IMG/VR virus record: IMGVR_UViG_3300045988_035938
Span: 1 to 18,745 of that record
Length of the DNA stretch: 18,745 bases
Reading direction: 5' to 3' (one strand)
Source: a virus
The notes beneath the pieces were generated by a model that was not told the DNA's origin, did no database searches, and worked only from the letters and a program-made list of their open reading frames with translations. The stretch's first letter is position 1; every line of letters begins with the position of its first letter. The position numbers were made by a program, and so were the translations under genes. Below are positions 7,167 to 16,861 of this stretch, piece by piece.

Positions 7167-10007
7167 ATGAGAAAGAATATAAAACTATTTATTGCAAATA
7201 AAGAGGTTGACTGTAGTGAGGGAATTAGTCTTCCTATGACATATACTGTTGAGGATTTCCAAAACCCCACTATAGTCAAGAACTCGTTTAGTAAAACGAT
7301 TTCTATACCTGGCACAAAGAATAATAATAAGATTTTTGGAGAGATTTATAAGTTAGATAGATTTCTCCATATAAAAGAAGGTAATTTCTCTGGAGTATAT
7401 TTTGATCCTTCAAAACGAGTTGATTTTGGAATCTATAATAATGACTATTTAGTTGAATCTGGATATATGCAATTAAATAGTATATCTATAAAACAAGCTG
7501 TCATTACTTATAATATTACTTTATATGGAGGATTAGGAGATTTCTTCTATGGACTTAAATATAAAGAAGATGGTACTATTAGGACTCTTGCTGATTTACA
7601 ATACTTTGTAACTGATGAAGATGGGAATACACTTCCTGCTGATACTGAACTTAATTTTTATATTAACAAAGATTTTGTAAATACTTGTTTTGACTGAAGT
7701 AAAACGAATGAAGGAAGTCAAATATATGATTATTTGACATTTATTCCAGCATATAATGGTTTATATGAAGATTTTGATAATGAAACTTGTTTAATAAATA
7801 CTAATGAAAATAGTATATTTCCTACTAGTAAGACAGATTCAGGAGTTACATATACACCTTATAATGGGTATGGATTAGCTAAATTAAATAGAGCATATAC
7901 AGAATGGGAGATGAGAGATCTTAGAAGTTATATGCAAAGGCCAGCTTTAAAATTGAGTAAGTTAATTGAAACTATCTGTAGAAAAGAGAATTCTGGATAT
8001 GATGTAGTATTTGATCCTTCATTTTTTAATTGAAATAATCCGTATTGAAGTAAATCCTTTGTAGCTTTACCTTTATTATCTAATCTAGTAAGTGACGAAG
8101 AAGATGTAACAGAATCTGGCTTTTTAGTAGAAGATAGTAAATATAATTATCAGGTAGGTATAAATAAAGGAGAATCTACATCAAGTCCTTTAAAATTATC
8201 CATTGCATCACCTGATATTGTTTACGATTCTGGAATAATTGATTTAAGTGAGGCTGGATTTAGAAAAAGCCTTTCTACAACTTTTTATTTTAAGTTAAAG
8301 TTTAATCGAACTGCAGGAAATGTTGGGGATAGATATTTTTTTGGATTTAGAAGGTATTTTAGCTCCTCTGCTCCTCCTTTTTATTCAGCATATAGAGGAT
8401 ACGCTGATGTTTGGCTAACAATTACTAATGAAGTAGATGATACTATTTATACTTCTGAAATACATAGATTTACAAATTCAGGAACCTACTCACATCCTAT
8501 AGCTAATGGGGTTAATCATTTTGGGTATTTTCAAAATAATGTATTTTATGATACTTCTTCATTAACTAATGATTTTGTTATTAATATTACAAATTTTAAA
8601 ATTCCAATTAATAAAATTAAAATTAAACTTAATGTTGTATGATCTACTGGAAATAGTGTTAGACCTACTGGATTATTAAGTGAAGTAATAGAAAGAGGAG
8701 AGGATTACCAAGCTATTCCAAAAGGAGATCTTATAGTAGATCTTACTTCTCCCATTGAAATTACTACTTCTACAGAGGTACTTCAAAGTAATGCATTATT
8801 AACTAAAAAATTATTATTAAAAACAGAACAATCTCCTGCTGATTACTTATTGAGTTATGCAAAACTATTTGGGTTATATTTTACAAAAGATATTGATAGT
8901 AAAACAATTAGAATATATACTAGAAATAATTTCTTTAAGAATATAATCTCTGATTGGAGTAAGAGAATAGATTATTCTAAAGATTTCAATGTAAATCCAA
9001 TATTATTTGATAAGAAGTGATATAGAATGAGTTCTGAAGGTCCAGAAACTTATTTTTATAAAAAATACAATAAGGAATATTCTATATTATATGGTCAACA
9101 AAGATTAAATACTGGTTATAATTTTAATTCTGAAACAACTGAACTGTATAGTGATAATATATATGAAAATATAGTTTCTGCAAGATGGAGAAATAAATAT
9201 TTTAGAAATTTTTACAATTCTTCTTCCCTTGTAGTTCCTGCATTTATGAATGATAATATTACCTATACATTATTTAATAATAGCACTACTGAACTTAAGA
9301 CTATAGATCAAGAGTTATACGGAGCTAATTTTATAGATCCCTCTAAAACCACAGAATGATATAAAATCGCAGGTAATGATATATTTGCCAAAAATGTATT
9401 TTTCTCAATTGATGGTAATGAGGAATCTTTAGAGGATATCTCTCAATCCCTAGTATTCTTTAACGGTAATGTTCCTTTAACTGATGTAAAAGGAAATGAA
9501 GTAACATATTGAATTACAGATGATCTTACAGAAATGAACATATTAAATGATCAGGAAATGTGTTATATATCTACTAAAAGTGAGAAAGATATTAGTGGGA
9601 ATAAAATTGCTATAAAGAGAACTGTATTACCTCAATTTACAAGGTATACCGTTTCGTCCTCTAATGTTACTGCTTCTTGAGATTTTGGATTACCACAAGA
9701 GATTTATATTGATGATATAACTTATAATATCGGAAGTACTATTTATAGTAGATTCTGAAGTGAATTTTATAATGATCAATTTGATGTTAATACTAAGAAA
9801 GTTACCTGCTTTGTAAGATTGGATGATTTAGATGTTAAGTATGATTTACTTAGACAATTCTATTATTTTGAAGATTCTTACTGGGTACTTAATAAGATTG
9901 ATGCTTATGATATTAATTCAGATTCTACAGTTAGATGTGAATTTATTAAAGTTCAAGATATTAATAGTTATTTAGCTGGAGTTCAAAATCTAGGTGAATA
10001 TATATAA
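7167..10007 (+). CDS. 946-aa tail/baseplate (hub or receptor-binding type) structural protein, read with TGA=Trp
   Basis: Frame 3 checked codon by codon from ATG 7167 to TAA 10005-10007. Its only interruptions are nine TGAs (7695, 8031, 8046, 8640, 9018, 9357, 9510, 9678, 9756). About 1 kb (8034-9026) is absent from the track because it holds no start codon between TGAs. Size, position and the N-terminus (ISLPMTYTVEDFQNPTIVKNSFSKTISIPGT) look like a virion tail protein. Confidence 0.75.
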
Positions 10008-10523
10008 TTTGATGATTCAGATCCAGTTGTAGATTATAAAGCTGGGACTAAAAAGATTACAGTTACTTCTAATATTCCTTGAGAATTAGGATGATATAGT
10101 CCAAATGAAATTGTAAGCATTACACCTGAATCTGGGCAGCCTGGAGAAACAGAATTGACAGTTACATATAATGAGAATACTACATATGACCAAAGGAGTT
10201 TCTATTTTAGTCTTTATAAACAAGGAAGTATAAATGGCCCTCAATGTATGTTTACTCAAACTCCAGACCCAAATAAAGCTATTCTTATTACAGGAAAACT
10301 TCAAACTTCTACTGGAGGTATTCCTTCTGGAGTTAATCAGATTCTAACTGAAAATGATAATTTCTTAAATGTCACTTATATGAGAGATGATGGAAGTTAT
10401 AGAATATATGCTCAAAATGGAGTTCAATTTTTATTTAGAGTATCTGACGGACCAACAGGAACAATTAAATATACAGAGAATTTAACACTAACAGAAGATA
10501 CTGTTAAAAATATTACAATCTAA
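10008..10523 (+). CDS. BACON-like domain protein. The open frame begins directly after the TAA of the preceding gene, in the same frame, with no ATG/GTG before TTG 10155.
   Basis: Translation from 10008: FDDSDPVVDYKAGTKKITVTSNIP-W-ELG-W-YSPNEIVSITPESGQPGETELTVTYNENTTYDQRSFYFSL...FTQTP. This is the BACON pattern (W....W.s..P.sG..G...l.v....N....R). TGAs at 10080 and 10092. The track's TTG start at 10155 would cut the domain in half. TAA stop 10521-10523 overlaps the tape-measure ATG. Confidence 0.5.
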
Positions 10524-13282
10524 TGGCACAAACAGAAATTAAAAAAGTAATTAGTGTAGATACTAAATCAAGTAATAAATCAATAAATTCTTTAAAGAAA
10601 GATATTGATGCATTAACTAATTCGCTGAATGATTTAGAGATTGGTACTAAGGAATATAATGAAACTCTTTCATTACTTGGTAAGAGACAATCAGAATTCA
10701 ATAAAATTAATGAGCAGATAGCAAGATCTTCAAGAACTACTGCACAGAGATTTGAAAGTGTAGCTAAAATATCCACTGGCTTAGCTAGTGGATATGGTGC
10801 TGCAACTGCTGCTATTACTTTATTTGGCAAAGAATCAGAAGATTTAAATAAAGTAATGGTTAAGTTACAATCTACTATTGCTTTAGTTCAAGGTGTGGGA
10901 GGTATAAAAGATTTATTAGAAGAATTACCCACTTTAGGTAATTGGTTTAAGAAATTAACTGATTTTATTTCCCCATTTAATACAGGATTGAATAATGCTG
11001 CCAAAAACCTTAATCAGATTGATACATCTAAGCTTAATAGCATTGGCACATCTGTTGGTAATGTTGGAACTGAATTAGGTAATATCTCTAAAGTAGTCAA
11101 GGATCTAGAAGGCACCAATATTAATTTTAAAGGAGGTATGATTCAAGGAGTAATGGGCACTCCTGGGGAAATAAATTCTACTAATAAGAGTGTATCTAAT
11201 ACGATTCCAATTATAGGTAAATTAGGAGAAACTGCAAAAAAGTCCTTTGAAGAAGTAAAACCTACATTTACTACAGTTGCTGAATTTTTAAAGGAAGCAG
11301 CAAAAGAGACTGGAACTCCAGCAGAGAGAATGCAGAAAGCTGCTAAACGTTTAGGTGTAGATCTTGCTGAATTAAAGGAAAATGTAGAAAAAGGCATTCC
11401 AACTTTGCGAAAAGGGGCAGAGGCTCAGAAAGCAATGGCTGAAGCTTCAGAACAAGCTGCTTCTGGAGTAGGTAAAGTTAAAACTGCACTTAAAACTATT
11501 GGTAATGTAACTGTATGAATTGCATTAGCTACAGCTATTGGAGTAGCTATTAATAAGATAATAGAGTATATATCCTCAATAAAATCAGCTGAAAAGGAGG
11601 CTGCTGAATTTAGAAAGTCTATTACAGATACTACTAATCAGATTGCTTCTAAATCTATAGCTATCTTTAGAGAGTTACAAATAGCTTACGAAAGGGTTGG
11701 AGATTCTGCAGATGCTAAGCGTAAGTTTATAGAGCAATATTCAGATAAGATTAAAGAGACTGGTTTAAATATCACTGATGTAAAGACTGCAGAAGATGCG
11801 TTTGTAAATAATACTGGTAATTATGTAGAAGCCTTAGAAGCAAGAGCTAAAGCACAAGCTATTGAACAGGCTGCAATTAAGCTTTATGAGGAGTATTTAA
11901 ACAAACGTACTGAACTGGAGAATCAAATTTCTGATACAAGTTTTGGAGAGGTATCTGCTTGGCAGGCTTTTAAAGCTACAGCAATGTTCTGAAAAGATTA
12001 TTCAAATACAATTTATGAGTATACAAAGCAAAATAAAGAGAATACTTATAAACAGTTGGATGATTTAAATAAAGACATTGAGAAAAGGCTTAAAAAGCTA
12101 TTTGAGGATATAGCAGATACTAATAAAAAGTATGGTGGGTTCTTTAATATTCCAACTATTACAAAGAACACTACTGAAGCTAAGAAGGTAATAAATGAAT
12201 TTGATGAATGGCTTCAAAAGAGATTAGAGGATAAAGACCCAGTAGATGAACTTGAAGATGAATATATTAGACTATTAGCGCTAGCTATTAAAAATAATAG
12301 AAGTCTTGAAGAAGTTGAGGCTTGGCATCAAGAAGAGCTGAAGAAAATTAGAGATAAGGCTAGAGAAGATGAAGAAAATGCAAGAAAAAGTGCTGCAGAT
12401 AAAGCTTGAGATGATCTTCAGACTGAATTAAAAAGAATGCGCGAGGCAAGGTATGATATAAAAGATCCATCTTTAGAAATTCCTAAAACTCAATATACAC
12501 AAGGATTTGCCAAAATATTTGGATTAAGCGGTGAGTTCTCTTATTCAAGCAAAAAAGACATAGAGGGATATAAAGATCGTTTATTAGGAACAGATACTGA
12601 AGAAGGTTCTATAGATAAATATAATAATCAAATAAAAACAAGATTGGAGGAGCAGAAGTCTTTTCTATTAAAACAATTAGAAAATGAGACTTTAACAGCT
12701 GATCAGAGAAAACTTATTAAACTAGAATTAGATTCTATTGATGAGCAATTAACTGAAAATGAAATAGACAGAGAAAATAAGAAAAACAAAGTTAGAGAAA
12801 ATGTTAATAAACAATATCAAGAATCTATAAAAGCTCGTCTTGATCTAGCATCAAAGGTTGCAGGAAGTATGGCAACTATATGGGGAGAGGAAAGTAAAGT
12901 AGGTAAAGGATTTGCAACAGCTCAAGCTTTAATTGATACATATAGTGCAGCTAACAGTGCTTATTCTGCAATGGCAGGAATTCCAATTGTTGGTCCAGCT
13001 TTAGGTGCAGCCGCTGCTGCTGCAGCAATTGCTGCGGGTATAGCTAATGTTAAAAAGATCTGGGAAGTAGACGAAACTAGTGGTGCATCTGCATCTTCTG
13101 CTTCTGCATCTGTTGCAGCACCTGCTGCTTTAAACACTACTCCTGTAGAATACACTCGAAACTTACTTGGTGATAAAGAGACTGATTTATTAAATGAACC
13201 TGTTAAATGCTATGTAGTTGAGAGTGATATTACTAATGCTCAAACTAAAGTTGCAGTTACAGAATCAAATGCAAGTTTCTAA
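10523..13282 (+). CDS. tail tape measure protein (919 aa), read with TGA=Trp
   Basis: Track ORFs 10523-11518, 12056-12409 and 12437-13282 plus the gap 11519-12055 form one frame-2 reading frame, checked codon by codon. It is interrupted only by TGA at 11516, 11990 and 12407. Long coiled-coil-like K/E/A-rich sequence, a hydrophobic segment after the first TGA (V-W-IALATAIGVAINKII) and a Gly/Ala-rich hydrophobic segment (AGIPIVGPALGAAAAAAAIAAGIANV) are typical of tape measures. Confidence 0.85.
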
Positions 13283-13298
13283 AGTGAGTAAAATTTCT

Positions 13299-13368
13299 GA
13301 CACACTACTATGTAAGTTGCTGATTATCAGTTCTTATATAGTAGTGCTATGTCTATTTTATTTTTATT
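13299..13368 (+). terminator. long hairpin plus T-tract: intrinsic terminator after the tape-measure gene
   Basis: CACTACTATGTAAG (13303-13316) pairs with CTTATATAGTAGTG (13333-13346): 14 bp with one G-U pair. Outer GACA/TGTC can add 4 bp. Followed by TATTTTATTTTTATT. Begins 17 nt after the TAA at 13280-13282. Confidence 0.6.
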
Positions 13369-13379
13369 ATATAACCTAG

Positions 13380-13420
13380 TTGAGTAAAAACTTGACATTT
13401 GATAGTATATAAATATATAA
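13380..13420 (+). promoter_or_regulatory. conserved intergenic motif TTGAGTAAAAACTTGACA, copy 2, with a sigma-70-like -10: candidate head-module promoter
   Basis: TTGACA at 13392-13397, a 17-nt spacer, then ATATAA at 13415-13420 (or TATATA with a 16-nt spacer). Located between the terminator and the first head gene (ATG 13477). Confidence 0.5.
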
Positions 13421-13476
13421 AAATAGAAGATTGTAACAATATTACATTTTTAAAATAGCTTATATATTAATAAAAA

Positions 13477-14067
13477 ATGGAAAAAATGTATAATGATCTT
13501 CCATTATATCAAGCAATTATTGCCGATGATTGTGATGGAATAGAGTTCGTAGCATTGACCAGTAAACCTGCAACCCAAGTTAATTGGCTTGCTTTTGGGG
13601 AATCTCAGAAGTTCTCGATGGATGAAGAAAAACATATAGTTACTTCTTGTTTAATGGTATGTGATATACCTATATTTAGACGGGATAGTAAAAACGGAGA
13701 ATATTATATTCAATATGATAAAGAAACTCTTCGTTTAATGGCTGAAAAAATGATGTATGATAAGAGAACTACTGATGTAAATATTGAACATTTGGAAGAT
13801 TCAGTAATTCCTGGAATAATTCTTCAAGAACTATATGTTAAAGATATAGATAGAGGAATTAATCCAGTTGAATTTGCTGATTGTCCAGATGGTTCATTAT
13901 TTGCTACTTATAAAGTAAATAATCCTGTTATATGGGATGCAATTAAAGCTGGAAAGTTTAAAGGGTTCTCTATTGAGGGATTGTTTACTTTAGAAAGACA
14001 GTCTGATGAATATGAGGAACTTAAAGAGATTCAAAAAATGTTGAGAAAAATAAAAAGAGTTAAATAG
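13477..14067 (+). CDS. XkdF-like prohead serine protease (Peptidase_S78_2-like)
   Basis: VNIEHLEDSVIPGIILQELYVKD...GSLFATYKVNNPVIWDAIKAGKFKGFSIEGLF matches the XkdF-family pattern (..EH.......I.ES.I...... W...KV.d.e.W..IK.G...G.SIEG). Position upstream of scaffold and capsid genes. No in-frame TGA. TAG stop. Confidence 0.65.
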   Translation: MEKMYNDLPLYQAIIADDCDGIEFVALTSKPATQVNWLAFGESQKFSMDEEKHIVTSCLMVCDIPIFRRDSKNGEYYIQYDKETLRLMAEKMMYDKRTTDVNIEHLEDSVIPGIILQELYVKDIDRGINPVEFADCPDGSLFATYKVNNPVIWDAIKAGKFKGFSIEGLFTLERQSDEYEELKEIQKMLRKIKRVK

Positions 14068-14068
14068 A

Positions 14069-14680
14069 ATGTATAGTGGAGTTATATATCTAGCAACAAA
14101 TCTTATAAATGGCAATAAATATGTAGGACAAACAAATAATTTCTTGAGAAGAAAGAATGAACATAAATACAGTTCTAATCTTACATATTTTCATAGAGCG
14201 ATTAGGAAATATGGATTCAATAACTTTAAATGGGAAATTCTTCAAATCTTTTGTTGTTCTTCTACAGAATTATTGAAAAGACAACTAAATAATGCAGAAA
14301 TTAAATATATTCAGTTATTTGATACGTTAAATAATGGTTATAATTTAAATGAAGGTGGAGGTTCTAATACTGGATTTAAACACAGTGAAGAATCTAAACA
14401 CAAAATGTCTTTAAAACAGTCTGGAAGAGTATTAAAGGATGAAACAAAATTAAAGTTAAGAGAATGTAGATTAGGAACTAAACAAACTGAACAGCAGAAA
14501 GAAAAAGTAAGTAAACGTATAATTATGACAGATATTAATGATACTTATATATGCACTTGGAAATCTGCTATGGACGCTGAAAGAAACGGAAATTTTGATC
14601 ATAGTGCTATTATAAAATGTTGCAAAAATAAACAAAACTATCATAAAAATTTTAAATTTAAGTATGAACAAATTAACTAA
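14069..14680 (+). CDS. free-standing GIY-YIG homing endonuclease (I-TevI-like, with NUMOD3-type repeats and a C-terminal IENR1/NUMOD1-like motif)
   Basis: GVIYLATNLINGNKYVGQT (GIY...YVG), RRKNEHK, FHRAIRKYG, NNGYNLNEGG. Repeated GFKHSEESKHKMS / LKDETKLKLRE / KQTEQQKEKVS helices. WKSAMDAERNGNFDHSAIIKCCK tail. Starts 1 nt after the protease stop and overlaps the scaffold start by 17 nt. Confidence 0.85.
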   Translation: MYSGVIYLATNLINGNKYVGQTNNFLRRKNEHKYSSNLTYFHRAIRKYGFNNFKWEILQIFCCSSTELLKRQLNNAEIKYIQLFDTLNNGYNLNEGGGSNTGFKHSEESKHKMSLKQSGRVLKDETKLKLRECRLGTKQTEQQKEKVSKRIIMTDINDTYICTWKSAMDAERNGNFDHSAIIKCCKNKQNYHKNFKFKYEQIN

Positions 14681-15278
14681 ACTGAGAATAGAACTTAGTA
14701 AACTCTTAGCAAAATTTAACGATGTTAAGACTAGTGCTGGAGTTCTAACTTACAATGGTAGTGAGGATGAGGATCTAAGGGCAGGTATGAGTGTATATAC
14801 AATGGATACTGATACTGGCGAATATGCACCTGCTGCTGATGGTGAGTATGTTACCGAAGATGGCAAAACGATTGTTGTTAAAGACGGTAAAGTAGAGTCC
14901 ATTACTGATCCTAAAGCTGAAGTTGATCCTGAAGAGGGTATGAGAACTGTTGAGGTTGATGCTGCTTGTGGAGCTAAGAGAGTAAAAGCTGAGGAAGTTG
15001 CTGATCCTGCTGTTGAAACAGACGGTGTTAAAGAAACTGAGACTGATGCAATCGACGCTATTCATCGCGAAATTAATGAGCTTTACGATATTGTAGATAA
15101 GCTTGTTAAGAAGGTAGCAGAACTTGAAGGAAAATCAGAAGCTACTGAAAAGACTGTAGAAAAAATGAGTAAGATGAGTGCTGCTTTTTCAGCAGAGGAA
15201 ACACTTGAAAATAAAACAACTGCTCCTATAAGTGGGATAGCAGAAATAGATAGAAAGCTTAAAAACTTTATTGGTTAA
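14664..15278 (+). CDS. scaffolding-like protein
   Basis: Acidic, helix-rich 204-aa ORF (HREINELYDIVDKLVKKVAELEGKSEATEKTVEKMSKM) directly between the protease and the major capsid gene. Assignment by position and composition only. Confidence 0.5.
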   Translation: MNKLTKLRIELSKLLAKFNDVKTSAGVLTYNGSEDEDLRAGMSVYTMDTDTGEYAPAADGEYVTEDGKTIVVKDGKVESITDPKAEVDPEEGMRTVEVDAACGAKRVKAEEVADPAVETDGVKETETDAIDAIHREINELYDIVDKLVKKVAELEGKSEATEKTVEKMSKMSAAFSAEETLENKTTAPISGIAEIDRKLKNFIG

Positions 15279-15299
15279 TTTATAAAATTTTAAATAATT

Positions 15300-16205
15300 A
15301 TGGCAAATAGTCCTGTAATGACAACGCTTCCTGCTTATGTGGAGCAAAGACGTCTCCCTCTTATTAAGGAAGCGGTTTTAAAAGCTAAGAGTGCAAGTTT
15401 GTTTAATCTTCAGACAGATATTAAAACTGATGCTGCTCTTAACCTGTTATCTACCGATGTTCAGTTCGGTGATGGTCTTACTTGTGGTTGGGATGAGGCT
15501 GGAACTCAGACTCTTTCTCAGAGAACTCTTAAGACTGGTAATATTAAGATTAATATGGCATATTGCGATAAGGCTATGCTGAAATACTGGACTCAGTATG
15601 CAGTTAAGGTAGCCGCTGGTCAGAAGACTCTTCCTTTTGAAGAGGATTTCGTAAATGCTGTTGTAGAGAACGTAAAAGAGGCTATTGAGGTAGCTATCTG
15701 GCAGGGTGATACGGCTTCAGAAACTAATAACTTGAAGTATTTTGATGGTCTGCTTAAGATTCTTGCTGCTGATAATGGTACTGTAGATGTAGAAATTGCT
15801 GGAGAATCTGCCTATACTGATATTATGGCAGTTTATAATGCAATTCCTGAGAAGGTTCTTGATGGTGCTTCGATTCTTGTTGGTGCTGATATGTTCCGTA
15901 AGTTCGTAAATGAACTTGTTGAGAAGAACTATTTCCACTATAGCGGAGAGAGCCTTAATGGTGAGATTTATCTTCCTGGTTCACAGGTTAAGGTTATTGC
16001 TGTTAATGGTCTTAATGGAACTGATAAGATTGTTGCTGGTCAGTTAGACAAGAACTTCTTCTATGGTGTAGATATGATGAACGATGAAGAGAAATTCGAA
16101 TTGTGGTATTCACAGGATTTCCGCGAGTTCAGATTAGCTATTGAATTTAACGCTGGTGTACAAGTTGCTTTCCCTGACGAAGTAGTATTAGGCGCCAAGG
16201 CTTAA
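15300..16205 (+). CDS. major capsid protein (HK97-fold type, about 300 aa)
   Basis: 301-aa ORF following the protease and scaffold. Composition and C-terminus (FELWYSQDFREFRLAIEFNAGVQVAFPDEVV) resemble small HK97-fold capsid proteins. Higher GC and biased codons suggest high expression. No TGA, four TGG. Confidence 0.75.
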   Translation: MANSPVMTTLPAYVEQRRLPLIKEAVLKAKSASLFNLQTDIKTDAALNLLSTDVQFGDGLTCGWDEAGTQTLSQRTLKTGNIKINMAYCDKAMLKYWTQYAVKVAAGQKTLPFEEDFVNAVVENVKEAIEVAIWQGDTASETNNLKYFDGLLKILAADNGTVDVEIAGESAYTDIMAVYNAIPEKVLDGASILVGADMFRKFVNELVEKNYFHYSGESLNGEIYLPGSQVKVIAVNGLNGTDKIVAGQLDKNFFYGVDMMNDEEKFELWYSQDFREFRLAIEFNAGVQVAFPDEVVLGAKA

Positions 16206-16245
16206 TTTCAATAGATTTTATTAACTTCTAAATGATATTGAAATT

Positions 16246-16770
16246 ATGGCTTGTTTAATAACTATCGCAGGAATCACACTTGATTGCCAACCTTCATTAG
16301 GTGGTATCAAACAGGTATGGATTACCCAGTATGCAGATGTTAAGAGTGTAACGGTTGATCCTGAGAGCAATATGATTTCAGCTATTACTCTTGAGTCTTC
16401 AGCTAAATGGTATAACTACCAATTTAGAAAGGCTACTGGTTCTCTAACCTCAACTTTAAATGTAGATGAAAGTGCTGGTGTTAATTATGTAAGTAATGAG
16501 CTTGCTCTTGTATTTACAAAGATGGAAACCGCAAAACGAGTAGAGATTGCAGCTTTATCAATTGGTCAGCTTGCAGTTGTTGTTGAAGATAGCAATGGTA
16601 AGTATTGGTTCTTAGGTAAAGATGATTATGTAAGCGCTTCCGCTGGTACGGGTGTTACTGGTACTGCTAAAGGTGATCAGAATGCTTATACTCTGACACT
16701 TTCAACAGATTCAGATTCTTATCCTTATGAGTTATCTGCAGAAGCTATCCAAAGCGTTGTAGGTGCTTAA
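16246..16770 (+). CDS. major tail (tube)-like structural protein. A head-decoration role is not excluded.
   Basis: 174 aa. The beta-rich pattern VVVEDSNGKYWFLGKDDYVSASAGTGVTGTAKGDQNAYTLTLSTDSDSYP resembles siphovirus tube proteins. Same GC-rich codon style as the capsid gene and followed by the strongest terminator in the window. Confidence 0.5.
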   Translation: MACLITIAGITLDCQPSLGGIKQVWITQYADVKSVTVDPESNMISAITLESSAKWYNYQFRKATGSLTSTLNVDESAGVNYVSNELALVFTKMETAKRVEIAALSIGQLAVVVEDSNGKYWFLGKDDYVSASAGTGVTGTAKGDQNAYTLTLSTDSDSYPYELSAEAIQSVVGA

Positions 16771-16780
16771 TAACAGAAAG

Positions 16781-16818
16781 AGGGGCGAGTATTAATTTAC
16801 TTGCCCCTTATTTTGTTT
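16781..16818 (+). terminator. rho-independent terminator
   Basis: AGGGGCGAGTA (16781-16791), loop TTAATT, TACTTGCCCCT (16798-16808): 11 bp with one G-U pair, followed by TATTTTGTTT. Begins 11 nt after the TAA at 16768-16770. Confidence 0.75.
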
Positions 16819-16861
16819 ATATACCACATAATGAATAATTTATATTTTATAGAAAAATAAT

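Noticed and set aside
8336-8342. T7 run inside the 946-aa gene as a second slippery site
   Set aside because: The 0-frame continues as good coding sequence, and I see no long alternative-frame ORF downstream that would need it.
4984-10007. Fragmented ORFs read as pseudogenes or a decaying prophage
   Set aside because: All 13 interruptions are TGA, never TAA/TAG or frameshifts. Every fragment continues in the same frame, and the same pattern occurs in essential genes (TerL, tape measure). This is the signature of a reassigned codon, not decay.
13006-13130. GCN-rich repeat (Ala run, SASSASAS) as a tandem DNA repeat or mobile-element remnant
   Set aside because: It is in frame within the tape-measure gene and encodes the Gly/Ala/Ser-rich hydrophobic segment typical of tape-measure proteins. 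It is a low-complexity protein region, not a repeat element.
15391-15582. 63-aa + strand ORF overlapping the capsid gene in another frame
   Set aside because: Leu/Arg-rich nonsense-like sequence embedded in the best-supported gene of the window. No independent signals.
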